Shown here piece by piece: positions 1-8,489 of a DNA stretch of 64,000 nt (within the stretch, counting starts at the first letter, position 1; the number at the start of each line of letters is the position of its first letter). The translations under genes were made by a program, and so were the position numbers. The DNA lies in assembly GCA_963781385.1 (NCBI GenBank), contig CAWAFN010000005.1, positions 100,330 to 164,329 of the forward strand, in the 5' to 3' direction. Source of the DNA: an uncultured Acidobacteriota bacterium. Its GTDB lineage: Bacteria > Acidobacteriota > Terriglobia > Acidiferrales > UBA7541. Below the pieces are notes generated by a model. It was given only the letters and a program-made list of their open reading frames with translations. It had not been told where the DNA came from and made no database searches.

Positions 1-243
1 AATATCGTCGCGCCGAACCCCGTCCGCAACCAAGACTTTTCAAAAGAACTCGCCCAGGCATTGCACCGGCCGGCGATCATTCCCGCGCCGGCCTTTGCGC
101 TCCGCCTCGCACTGGGCGAAATGGCCGACGGCATGCTCCTCACCAGCCAACGCGTTCTGCCGGAAAAATTGTTAAACTCCGGTTTCAAATTCTCCGGCGA
201 AAAACTCCCTCGCACCCTGCAGCAAATCCTGCATGGGAAATAA
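1..243 (+). CDS. TIGR01777-family NAD-dependent epimerase/oxidoreductase, C-terminal part (5' truncated by window)
   Basis: Frame is open from base 1: NIVAPNPVRNQDFSKELAQALHRPAIIPAPAFALRLALGEMADGMLLTSQRVLPEKLLNSGFKF, the typical C-terminus of this family. Confidence 0.85.
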   Translation, partial: NIVAPNPVRNQDFSKELAQALHRPAIIPAPAFALRLALGEMADGMLLTSQRVLPEKLLNSGFKFSGEKLPRTLQQILHGK

Positions 244-257
244 TGAAAAGATCTGCA

Positions 258-824
258 TCACTTGATGACGTTCAATGTCACTTCCACCTTGGTCACTCGG
301 CCACTGATCGGATCCGTCGAAACCGTCGTTTCCAGCGTCTGGCCATCACGGATCAATAGATTCAGCTGCGAACGAAACTGCTGAATGACCGGTTGGGTTT
401 CGGCGCCGTCATTCTTTTCATCCGTCGATTTCGTTTGTTGCTTGTACGCCGAAGTCCGTTCGACACTCAGCCCGAGTAGAAACTTTCCGTCGTCAGTTCT
501 TTCCGCGCGGCCGTCGATATTAGTGCCCATGTCTTGGTAGTTGGCCTGATTCGGATTCATGCGAATCGGGACCCTAAGTCCCATCCGAATCGAAGCCATC
601 GGCCCGCCTGTGTCCGCGTTGACCAAAATCGTGTAAGGAAGGCTGCTGATTCTTTTGTCGCCTTCAAATTCGTTGAACACCACCTGCACCCGAAGCGGCG
701 TAATCGGCTTCTTCATTTCCGTCGCTTTCTCGCCGCTCTCCGATTTGCCCTTTTCCTGCGCAAAACCGGCGCTCGCTGTTACCACGCTCAGCGCGGCCGC
801 CAGCATCACACGATGCATTCTCAT
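258..824 (-). CDS. Exported protein resembling a secretin C-terminal core (no N domains)
   Basis: Signal peptide (MRMHRVMLAAALSVVTASAGFAQ), GGAG upstream of ATG 824; segments SIRMGLRVPI, YQDMGTNID..DDGKFLLGLSVE and QPVIQQFRSQLNLLIRDGQT echo secretin core strands. Confidence 0.55.
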   Translation of the reverse strand: MRMHRVMLAAALSVVTASAGFAQEKGKSESGEKATEMKKPITPLRVQVVFNEFEGDKRISSLPYTILVNADTGGPMASIRMGLRVPIRMNPNQANYQDMGTNIDGRAERTDDGKFLLGLSVERTSAYKQQTKSTDEKNDGAETQPVIQQFRSQLNLLIRDGQTLETTVSTDPISGRVTKVEVTLNVIK

Positions 825-895
825 CTTGAACTCTCCTTGAAATTTCATCGATGGTTCAGGTTTCACTTACAGGACTCCGCGGCCCTTGCAGCGGT

Positions 896-1579
896 TCACT
901 TTTCTTTGGAAACGCCGCTGTCTTCATTCAGTGGCTTCCAGGCGATCTCGGACACATGAATCGGCTCAATCACCACATCCGCAGCACTCATTTTTGCTGC
1001 CAGCGCGTCCGCCGCTTCCGGCGATTTGTGCACCAGTTGGATCAACTGATCCATGGCGCGCTGATTTTCCGGATTGATTTGCACATCCAAACTTGTTTTC
1101 GTAACTTTCAAACCCCGCCCATCTCTTGCGTTTGTGCCCCGCGTATCACTCCTTTTCGTCCCGCTCGAAAACGCCGGCTGAAAACCCTTTTCAGTAACAG
1201 GAGGACTCGTTGCAGTATTCGCAGCCATACGGGCGTCCCTCCCTTCGGTTTTCCGCGTAAACCGCGGAAAACAAAAAACGCCTGCGACTGCAATCGCCGC
1301 GACGGTCGCCGCCACCGTAACCACTTTCCATGAAAAACCTTGCGAGCGGCGAGGCGCTTGCGCCAGCGAAGCCCGCACTCGATGCACCAGAGTCGCCGGC
1401 ACATCACCGTTCACAGTCGTCCGAACTGATTGATCCACCAGCGCAAACATTGCACGTTCTTCGGCAAAATTCGCCATGCATTTTTCACACCCGGACAAAT
1501 GCTGCGCAAGCGCGTGCGGCAGTTCTTCGCCACGCGCCGCCGCATCGCTCAACGATTGACGGTAGGATTCACAAAACAT
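896..1579 (-). CDS. Zinc-binding anti-sigma factor (ZAS) with one transmembrane helix
   Basis: N-terminal Cys plus HLSGCEKC (HxxxCxxC); hydrophobic VVTVAATVAAIAVAGVFCF; overlaps the 3' end of the ECF sigma gene. Confidence 0.85.
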   Translation of the reverse strand: MFCESYRQSLSDAAARGEELPHALAQHLSGCEKCMANFAEERAMFALVDQSVRTTVNGDVPATLVHRVRASLAQAPRRSQGFSWKVVTVAATVAAIAVAGVFCFPRFTRKTEGRDARMAANTATSPPVTEKGFQPAFSSGTKRSDTRGTNARDGRGLKVTKTSLDVQINPENQRAMDQLIQLVHKSPEAADALAAKMSAADVVIEPIHVSEIAWKPLNEDSGVSKEK

Positions 1580-2190
1580 TTCAATTTCTCCGCAAGCGTC
1601 TTCCTGGCAAAAAATATTCGCGACTTCACCGTGCCCACCGGTACCGCCAGCATTCTTGAAACTTCGTCAATCGTGTGACCTTCCATCGCTGCCAGTAGCA
1701 GCACCAGCCGCTGTTTTTCCGGCAACTCGTCCATGGCCCGTTCGAACTGCCGCTGAAACTCCGCGTTTTCTCCGGTCTGCGCATTGCCGCGTGTACTTTC
1801 GTAAACCCATTGCGTCTCGCGCTGCTGCCGCCGCTTCGCCGCCCGCAGCCGATCGAGCGCCAATCGAAAACTGATTCGCACCAGCCATGCCCGAAATTTC
1901 GCCGGTTCGCGCAACCTCTCAAATCGCCGGTACGCCTTCAACAGTGCCTCCTGCGCCACGTCCTCCGCGTCCGCGTCATTTCGCAACACTCCCCGCGCCA
2001 CGCGAAACGCCAGCGGCGCATTTCGCACCAACAGCTCATCCCACGCCCGCTGCAATTCGATGGAGGCCGCCTCACGCGTCGGGTCCTCGCGCGCTGCTGT
2101 CGCCTCGCTCTCGCCTCCCGGATGCCTCAGAATCCACTCCTGCACGGTTTCGTTTAGGCGAGCGGCAATCGCTCGGCTCTCCTTGTTCAT
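1549..2190 (-). CDS. ECF RNA polymerase sigma-70 factor
   Basis: Region 2 DAEDVAQEALLKAY..FRAWLVRI and region 4 LPEKQRLVLLL..EVSRMLAVPVGTVKSRIFFARK; start placed at ATG 2190 on promoter position. Confidence 0.95.
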   Translation of the reverse strand: MNKESRAIAARLNETVQEWILRHPGGESEATAAREDPTREAASIELQRAWDELLVRNAPLAFRVARGVLRNDADAEDVAQEALLKAYRRFERLREPAKFRAWLVRISFRLALDRLRAAKRRQQRETQWVYESTRGNAQTGENAEFQRQFERAMDELPEKQRLVLLLAAMEGHTIDEVSRMLAVPVGTVKSRIFFARKTLAEKLKCFVNPTVNR

Positions 2191-2196
2191 AGATAT

Positions 2197-2222
2197 GACG
2201 CCACGCTGGTCCAATGGGTTCA
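2197..2222 (-). promoter_or_regulatory. ECF-type promoter TGAACC-N16-CGTC, probably autoregulatory and leaderless
   Basis: Minus strand reads gTGAACC cattggaccagcgtgg CGTC atatct ATG; AAC/CGT is the general ECF consensus. Confidence 0.7.
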
Positions 2223-2419
2223 CGTTCATTCCGAAACAGGAATGACTCAGTCTCCCAGCGAAGTAAAGCCTCCCCGCTAAAGATCGCAGTTTCTTAATGG
2301 CAACTCGATTTGCACTTCGGATTTCCTGACATTAGCTTTCACAATTCTTTGTCACCCTAGATTGCCAACTTTCACTGCATCTCTGCACTAAATGCCGCGG
2401 GCGAGCGCTGGTTCAAAAG

Positions 2420-2800
2420 GAATGCTCCCCTGGCTGGGTCTTGAGAGTTCTCTATCCCGATTCCGCTGATCTGCTTCGTGTAGGCTCCGTGCAGGGGAGA
2501 ATTCTTCTTAGAAACGCGCTTTCGTTGCCGGCAAGTCCTACCGGAGTAACAATCGTCGTTGGCGGGCAAGTCGTCGGGCTCGACGAATCTACTGGCTCGG
2601 ACCCGGCTGCAACCGTCAGCGGCTCGATTGCGCTTCGCCTGGCCCGGCGCAATTTGAAAGCGGCTACAAGATCGAACCACTTCGCGCAGGCCACACCTTC
2701 ACGGTTTACGCTGAACCGCTCGACGGTGCAGTCGATCCATCACAACTCGGCAACGCCATGGCTAGCTTTGCCGTAACGCCAGCGCGCTGACAAACCATTT
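2420..2800 (+). pseudogene. Frameshifted gene remnant (possible C-terminal part of a metzincin/matrixin-like exported protein)
   Basis: Protein-like segments in different frames: LRVLYPDSAD..GSVQGRIL (frame of 2441) and GPAQFESGYKIEPLRAGHTFTVYAEPLDGAVDPSQLGNAMAS (frame of 2641); no intact start. Confidence 0.45.
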
Positions 2801-2823
2801 CAAAAACTTTTCGAATGAAATAC

Positions 2824-3831
2824 CTACGTCGGCGAAAGTTCCGGCGCCAGCCAACCGCCACCAAAAAGGAGTCCCGGCCCAAGCGAGGCCAGAAAAATTG
2901 GCTCAAGCCGCGCTTTGCTCATTCGGAACTGCTCGAGCGCCAAGTGCAGCGCCGCGGCGCAAGTCGTGGAGCCCAAATTCCCACGCGTGTCCGCAACCGA
3001 AGGAAACCGCTCCGGCGAAACTCCCGATTTTTTTGCCAGCAGCGCAACCAATCGCGGGTTTGGCTGGTGCGTCGCAAAGGCCGCGACATTTTGCCGGGAA
3101 ATTCCGCTCCGGTACTCCAGTTCGCGGATGCACTGCTCCAATCGCGCCGTCGCGGCGCGGGAAAGCGCGCCGCCCTCAAAAACCACTCTTAACTTGTCTT
3201 CTGGCTCGGCGGAAACCTGAATGGCGGACTGCAATTGCGTGGCACATCCGAAGAAAAAATCGCCCAGCGAAAAATGATGACTGGCTGCTGCCGCCGTTTC
3301 CACTCCCTGCTGCACCAGAAAAGCCGACGCGCCATCGCCAAATAGCCCGCCGAACTCTCCCGCAACTTTGCCCGGCGATAGCGTGCGCGAATGCACGTCG
3401 GCTGTCACGATCAGCACCGTTTTTGCCTGTCCCGATTTCACGAACGACCTGGCTACCACCAGCGCGTGCAACAGCCCCAGGCATGCGCCGCCGACGTCCA
3501 GCGCTCCGCATGTTTCGCGCGCTCCAACCGCCAGATGCAACTGCGCAGCCAGTGAAGGAAACGCATGGTGCGTCTCGCTGGCGGCGACGATCCAATCCAC
3601 CTCTTTCGCCGTAACATCCCCTGCTGCAAGCGCTCGCGCCGCGGCTTTTGCGCCGAGCGTCACTTCGTTTTCGCTTTCTGCCGCATACGCAAGCGAAACG
3701 ATTCCGGCACGATCCCGCAACTTTCCCGCCGGCATACCGAACGCCGCATCCACTTCTTCTGACGGAATTGTTCTGGAACCGAAGGCCACACCCGAGGATT
3801 GTAATTGTGCGGAGGTAGGCAGGGTGGGCAT
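2824..3831 (-). CDS. 3-oxoacyl-ACP synthase III (FabH-like) family protein
   Basis: Cys-His-Asn triad motifs LDVGGACLG, ATHQPN, GNLGS, plus FGDGASA. Confidence 0.85.
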   Translation of the reverse strand: MPTLPTSAQLQSSGVAFGSRTIPSEEVDAAFGMPAGKLRDRAGIVSLAYAAESENEVTLGAKAAARALAAGDVTAKEVDWIVAASETHHAFPSLAAQLHLAVGARETCGALDVGGACLGLLHALVVARSFVKSGQAKTVLIVTADVHSRTLSPGKVAGEFGGLFGDGASAFLVQQGVETAAAASHHFSLGDFFFGCATQLQSAIQVSAEPEDKLRVVFEGGALSRAATARLEQCIRELEYRSGISRQNVAAFATHQPNPRLVALLAKKSGVSPERFPSVADTRGNLGSTTCAAALHLALEQFRMSKARLEPIFLASLGPGLLFGGGWLAPELSPT

Positions 3832-3883
3832 GAAGTTCGGAACCCCGGAGCGGGCTTTTTTATTGTGAGCGATGAAGGGACCG

Positions 3884-3946
3884 GCGGCAAGCCTGCCGCT
3901 TCATGAATTTTCGTTCATGGTCACACGCAAGGCCGTGAAAATTCAT
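3884..3946. repeat. Pair of intergenic palindromes (REP-like or terminator-like)
   Basis: GCGGCA-agcc-TGCCGC (3884-3899) and a long imperfect hairpin ATGAATTTTC...GAAAATTCAT (3903-3946) with nested TCATGGTC/GGCCGTGA stem. Confidence 0.5.
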
Positions 3947-4022
3947 AACGAACCGTCGGAGATTCTGCTTTCGAGCAACCGTTTCAGTCTGAGAACAAAT
4001 TCTGAAGAAAACAGTCGCACAG

Positions 4023-4769
4023 TTAGCGGCGGCGTACTTTGCCGAGCAACCTAAGAATTTCCATGTACAACCAGATCAGCGTAACCATTAGCGCAAATGC
4101 GCTGTACCACTCCATATACTTTGGCGCGCCCATCGCAGCGCCACGCTCGATCAAATCAAAATCCAGAATCAAATTGAGCGCCGCAATGATCACCACGAAC
4201 ACGCTGATGCCAATTCCCAACGGCGTGCTGGAATAAAGAATCGACATTCCGCCCGAGCCGAACATGCCCATAGCCAGGTTCACCAGATAGACCAAGGCAA
4301 TCGCGCCGGTCGCGCACAGAATTCCCAGCTTGAATCCGCGCGTCGCCCGAACCAATCCAGTCTTGTAAGCGAACAAAAGCACAAAAAGCACGCCAAACGT
4401 CAGCGCCACCGATTGCACCGCAATTCCCGGATAGGTCTTTTCAAAAATCGCGGAGACACCGCCCAGCAGCAATCCTTCAAATAACGCATAAATTGGCGCG
4501 GTGAGACCTGCCCAATTCTTTTTGAAGATCGTGACCAATGCGGTGATCAATCCGCCGATGAGCCCGCCGAGCATCCACGGATACGCCGCTTCGGGCTGCT
4601 CGGAATGCGCCAGTCCCCAGGTCCAGGCCGCCGTGGCTACCACGCATAGCAGCAATATTCCCGTCTTGTTCACGGTGCCTTGCACCGTCATGGTCTCGCC
4701 GGTTGCAAGCTGCTCCGCGTATGTTTTTGCTTTCAAAACCGGATTCGAACTTCCAAACAGGTTTGCCAT
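4023..4769 (-). CDS. Bax inhibitor-1/YccA family membrane protein
   Basis: SSNPVL start, MTVQGTVNKT, about 7 TM helices, NLILDFD and LMVTLIWLYMEILRLL motifs. Confidence 0.9.
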   Translation of the reverse strand: MANLFGSSNPVLKAKTYAEQLATGETMTVQGTVNKTGILLLCVVATAAWTWGLAHSEQPEAAYPWMLGGLIGGLITALVTIFKKNWAGLTAPIYALFEGLLLGGVSAIFEKTYPGIAVQSVALTFGVLFVLLFAYKTGLVRATRGFKLGILCATGAIALVYLVNLAMGMFGSGGMSILYSSTPLGIGISVFVVIIAALNLILDFDLIERGAAMGAPKYMEWYSAFALMVTLIWLYMEILRLLGKVRRR

Positions 4770-5055
4770 GGTGGGAATCTCCAGATCAAACAACATCGAT
4801 CGCAATTTTCGGAACTGGCGCGTAAAAATTTTCCGAACGCTAACGGAAATCGCACCATTATTTTAGCATTGTTTGCTTGCAGTGGTTCGGTGCTGGTAAG
4901 TTTTCGCGCATTCGCGCCACTTTGTGCTCGTAGCATGCGGCAATTCGCCGTTGTAGACGGCTTGCTGTCCAAACAGCGCCGCGATTCCCGAGCAGTAGTA
5001 TTATTGACACCACTACGGGCGTGGCAGTCGCCCTGAATCCTTCTTGCGGGAACTT

Positions 5056-5502
5056 ATGAAGCGGCATGTGCTGATCTACGGGTTCATCGGCGGGATCCTG
5101 ATTACCGTGCTGAAGTGGTCCGAGTACCGCTTCCTGGTAATCGAACATTCGATCGAAATCTATGGCGGACTGATCGCCGCCACTTTCGCCGTCCTAGGCA
5201 TCTGGCTCGGCCTCAAACTGACGAAAGCGCGGCAAACAATTGTCGTGAAGGAAGTCCCCGTGCCGGCCGGGGAACCATTCGCCCCGGACGAGCGAAAGCG
5301 CGAGGACCTCGGCATCACCCCCCGTGAGCTTGAGATCCTGGAACTCATAGCCCAGGGAATGAGTAACCGCGAAATCGCGGGAAAGCTCTTTGTCAGCGAG
5401 AACACGGTCAAAACCCATTCCAGCCGTGTCTTCGATAAATTGGGGGCCAAGCGTCGGACGCAGGCGGTACAGTTCGGCAAGGAATTTGGCTTGCTCCCTT
5501 GA
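5056..5502 (+). CDS. Membrane-anchored LuxR-family transcriptional regulator
   Basis: Two N-terminal hydrophobic helices, then ITPRELEILELIAQGMSNREIAGKLFVSENTVKTH (LuxR HTH); no receiver domain. Confidence 0.9.
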   Translation: MKRHVLIYGFIGGILITVLKWSEYRFLVIEHSIEIYGGLIAATFAVLGIWLGLKLTKARQTIVVKEVPVPAGEPFAPDERKREDLGITPRELEILELIAQGMSNREIAGKLFVSENTVKTHSSRVFDKLGAKRRTQAVQFGKEFGLLP

Positions 5503-5520
5503 TTTGCACACGTGAATTAC

Positions 5521-5574
5521 TCACGCGAACGTATGATTCTTGTCCCACGCAAGCAAAATCACCCGAAAGGATGA
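5521..5574. promoter_or_regulatory. Two 16-bp quasi-palindromic boxes, candidate operators for the adjacent LuxR regulator
   Basis: TCACGCGAACGTATGA (5521-5536) and TCACCCGAAAGGATGA (5559-5574), 13/16 identical, TCA-N10-TGA symmetry. Confidence 0.55.
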
Positions 5575-5642
5575 CGACAGAAACCCAGGCTGGCGCGGTA
5601 TGGTAAGCCCGGCATTCACGTTTGCGCTCACAGGAGGGACGC

Positions 5643-6188
5643 ATGAAAAAGATCGTACTGACTTTCGGACTGATTTCCGGTGCTATTTCTTCGGTAATGA
5701 TGGTGGCTACGGTTCCATTTGCGGACAAAATTGGCCACTCGTATATCGTCGGCTACGCCACCATCGTGCTCTCATTCCTGTTGGTATACTTCGGCATCCG
5801 CTCGTACCGCGACAACGTTGGCAACGGCCACATCACCTTCGGCAAAGCATTCACGGTCGGGATCTGCATCACCGTGATTTCGTGCTTGTGCTACGTCGTT
5901 ACCTGGGAAGTTCTCTACTTCAACTTCATGCACGATTTCATGGACAAGTACGGTGCCCATGTCATCGAGAAGCTTAAAGCCTCGGGCGCAACTGCCGCGG
6001 CCGTTGAAGCGAAAATTCAGGAGCTGAAAAAATTCAAGGAGCAGTACGAGAATCCGCTGTTCAACTCGATGATCACTTTTCTTGAGCCGTTCCCGGTTGG
6101 CTTGGCTATCACGCTGATTTCAGCGGCAGTGCTGAGGAAAAAAACGCCGTCACAACCAGCACAGTCGCCCTTGCCTGCTTCTTCTTAA
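5643..6188 (+). CDS. DUF4199-like multi-pass membrane protein
   Basis: GGAGG RBS; four hydrophobic segments; GIRSYRDNVGNGHITFGKAFTVG pattern typical of the family. Confidence 0.75.
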   Translation: MKKIVLTFGLISGAISSVMMVATVPFADKIGHSYIVGYATIVLSFLLVYFGIRSYRDNVGNGHITFGKAFTVGICITVISCLCYVVTWEVLYFNFMHDFMDKYGAHVIEKLKASGATAAAVEAKIQELKKFKEQYENPLFNSMITFLEPFPVGLAITLISAAVLRKKTPSQPAQSPLPASS

Positions 6189-6356
6189 CCCGGTACCCGC
6201 TAAACCGCTGTGCGCGAATCAGGACTCCGGCTTGGTGTCCGCTTGGGTGTCCGTGCATCGACCAAGGCACTGCCAGACCATTGGATTTGTGGTGTCCGTG
6301 CGCGAATACGCAGTAGCTACTCGGGAAAAGGGCGGGACCGTAATTCAAAAAATTTG

Positions 6357-6431
6357 TGGTACCGCTAACGGGAATCGAACCCGTATTTTAGCCTTGAAAG
6401 GGCTACGTGCTAACCGTTGCACCATAGCGGC
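6357..6431 (-). tRNA. tRNA-Glu (anticodon TTC), CCA encoded
   Basis: Cloverleaf GCCGCTA-TG-GTGC-AACGGTTA-GCAC-G-TAGCC-CTTTCAA-GGCTA-AAAT-ACGGG-TTCGATT-CCCGT-TAGCGGT-ACCA. Confidence 0.97.
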
Positions 6432-6521
6432 ATCGAGCGAAAACGACTCCAATAATTATAAGGGAAACAGGCAGAATTCGCTATGTGGCTGGAAATTCCA
6501 GAAGAGCGCCAGAGCTGAATG

Positions 6522-7628
6522 CTACGGAGTTGCTTGCCCGTGGCCGGCGGTATTTGGCGTCAATTTCCGGATCACAAATTCCTGCAGAATGTTGGTCGCC
6601 GCCGCTTCGCCGATGCCGATCAGCGCATTTTCGAAGGTGAGCGCGACGCTGTTGCGATCGCTTGCCGGATAATAGAGATTGGAAATGCCGCCTGCGGCCA
6701 GTCCGCCCAAAATTCCCGAATAATTCGGCTGCCATTTCCCCTTGTCGCTCTTGCAAATGACGGAATTCGCGATGGCATAAAATACTCGCGACTGCTTGCT
6801 TCCCGTCCCTTTGTAGAAATATCGCGGATCCTGTTTGAAAAGCGACGGCAGAATCGCGCCGCCGATAAAAGTGCTGGTTGCCAGATTCGCGTACGACGCA
6901 CCGTAGCGTTTAGCGTAGCCTTCCGCGCCCTGTCCATAGCCGCTGAAGTTGTTCTGCGCTTGCTGTACTCCCGCGACCACCGCAACCATTCCGAAAGTTA
7001 TCGGGTCTAGTGTTGACTTCAACGCCAGACGAAATTTCTGTTTGCTGCTTAGTGGCGCAGCGTTCGGAACGTACGTGACGTAGTAGTTGGGAATGACCCC
7101 GAGCACGCGTTGTTTTTCTTCTTCGCGAAGCTGGTCTTGCGCAATATCGAGTGTCGCGGGCGTAACGCGAATTTCCGTCGCAGCCGTCGCCAGCGCCAGA
7201 ACAATCGGCGGAACCGTCTGCGTTTCACCCGCCAGCACGCGGCCGGAAATTGCTTGCGTCGCAAAGCCGGGAGAAGAAATGGTTAGCTGAAACGGGCCGG
7301 GCGTGAGGCCGAGAAATGTGAACTGCCCATCGCTTCCGGACAAAACCTCTTCAACGTCCGTGCCGCACGTGAGCTTGATTTTAGCCGCTGCAATGGCGGC
7401 GCCGGAGCGATCGGTGATTGTCCCGCTGATTGCGGCAGCAGACTGCGGGCCAACTGTGGAAGTCTGATCCGGTTCGCTTTTTTCCTGAGCATGCGCGGAA
7501 ACGCAAGACAGGAGCATCAGGAAAATCGCGGGCAACCGGACACGCCGAATGAACCCTGTTGCGGGTAAACGTTTGGGCTGCGATTGGGCGCGTAAATTCA
7601 TCCGCTCTACGATCTTACCTCGTTGCAT
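6522..7628 (-). CDS. Exported protein with a carboxypeptidase-regulatory-like (beta-sandwich) domain; true start probably near 7517
   Basis: Signal-like MLLSCVSAHAQ; ISGTITDRSGAAIAAAKIKLT..SGSDGQFTFLGLTPGPFQLTISSPGF; C-terminal hydrophobic/aromatic region. Confidence 0.75.
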   Translation of the reverse strand: MQRGKIVERMNLRAQSQPKRLPATGFIRRVRLPAIFLMLLSCVSAHAQEKSEPDQTSTVGPQSAAAISGTITDRSGAAIAAAKIKLTCGTDVEEVLSGSDGQFTFLGLTPGPFQLTISSPGFATQAISGRVLAGETQTVPPIVLALATAATEIRVTPATLDIAQDQLREEEKQRVLGVIPNYYVTYVPNAAPLSSKQKFRLALKSTLDPITFGMVAVVAGVQQAQNNFSGYGQGAEGYAKRYGASYANLATSTFIGGAILPSLFKQDPRYFYKGTGSKQSRVFYAIANSVICKSDKGKWQPNYSGILGGLAAGGISNLYYPASDRNSVALTFENALIGIGEAAATNILQEFVIRKLTPNTAGHGQATP

Positions 7629-7764
7629 GAATACAGATGCCAGGATGGTCCGACGGTGTTGCCAGAATTTAGGTTATTTCCTGAAATATGGTCAGCGACA
7701 ACAGACGGGCACATCATCTTTTGCGTCAATCAAAGCTTTGCGAAACGTCGCAGCCGCAACGGCA

Positions 7765-7983
7765 TTACTTGGTGCGGTCTTGCCACTCTTCGTGCCACGC
7801 GGTCTGAATTGCTTCGAGCTTGCCTTCGTTGGACTTCGCAGGATCGCCTGCGAATCCCGGCAGCTCCGTAACCCATTTGTGCAGGTCGGTGAAACGGACG
7901 GTGTAGGGATCGATTTCTGGAAATCGATCGGTAAGTGCGATGGCAATGTCTTCCGTATGGTCCCAGTCAAAAGTTGGGGGCAT
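7765..7983 (-). CDS. iscX: Fe-S cluster assembly protein IscX
   Basis: WDHTEDIAIAL..DPYTVRFTDLHKWVTELPGF..NEGKLEAIQTAW; last gene of the isc operon. Confidence 0.95.
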   Translation of the reverse strand: MPPTFDWDHTEDIAIALTDRFPEIDPYTVRFTDLHKWVTELPGFAGDPAKSNEGKLEAIQTAWHEEWQDRTK

Positions 7984-8042
7984 TTAGAGCTCCTGAAATG
8001 AAAATAGAACTGACAACTTTTACTGGCTGGTAAAAACTTTCC

Positions 8043-8453
8043 CTAGTGATCCAGTTCTTTCGCGTAATTCTTGTTCCAGTGCGGAATTTCCACGATGATA
8101 TCAGTTGTTCCGTCCGGAACAGTCTGGCAACCTAGACGCGACTTCGGCGTGATGCCCGGCGCTTCATCGAGTTCGTCAAGTTCCGCATCGGTCGCTTCGT
8201 TGCAGGATTCAAGACCCTCTTTCACCACCACATGGCAGGTGGAGCAGGCGCAAACGCCGCCACAAGCGTGGTCGAGTCCGGCCTTCAGCGCTTCGGAAAA
8301 ATCCAGAATGCTGCCCGGTAGGCCGTTGTGGCCATAAGGAATTTTTTCCGGATCGACTTCCAAGGTCTTGCCGCTAGGAAGAAATGTGATTTTAAATTTC
8401 TTCGTCGCCGGCTTGTATTTCACTTCATCAATGTACGGGTTACTGCCACCCAT
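8043..8453 (-). CDS. fdx: ISC-type [2Fe-2S] ferredoxin
   Basis: HACGGVCACSTCHV and SRLGCQ ligands; position after hscA. Confidence 0.93.
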   Translation of the reverse strand: MGGSNPYIDEVKYKPATKKFKITFLPSGKTLEVDPEKIPYGHNGLPGSILDFSEALKAGLDHACGGVCACSTCHVVVKEGLESCNEATDAELDELDEAPGITPKSRLGCQTVPDGTTDIIVEIPHWNKNYAKELDH

Positions 8454-8489
8454 TTTGCTTCCTCCGCAACCAACGCCAACTATATCTTT

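Noticed and set aside
6192-6203. GGTACCCGCTAA, resembling the tRNA-Glu 3' end (possible att duplication)
   Set aside because: Only about 11 nt match, with an indel; too short to separate from chance.
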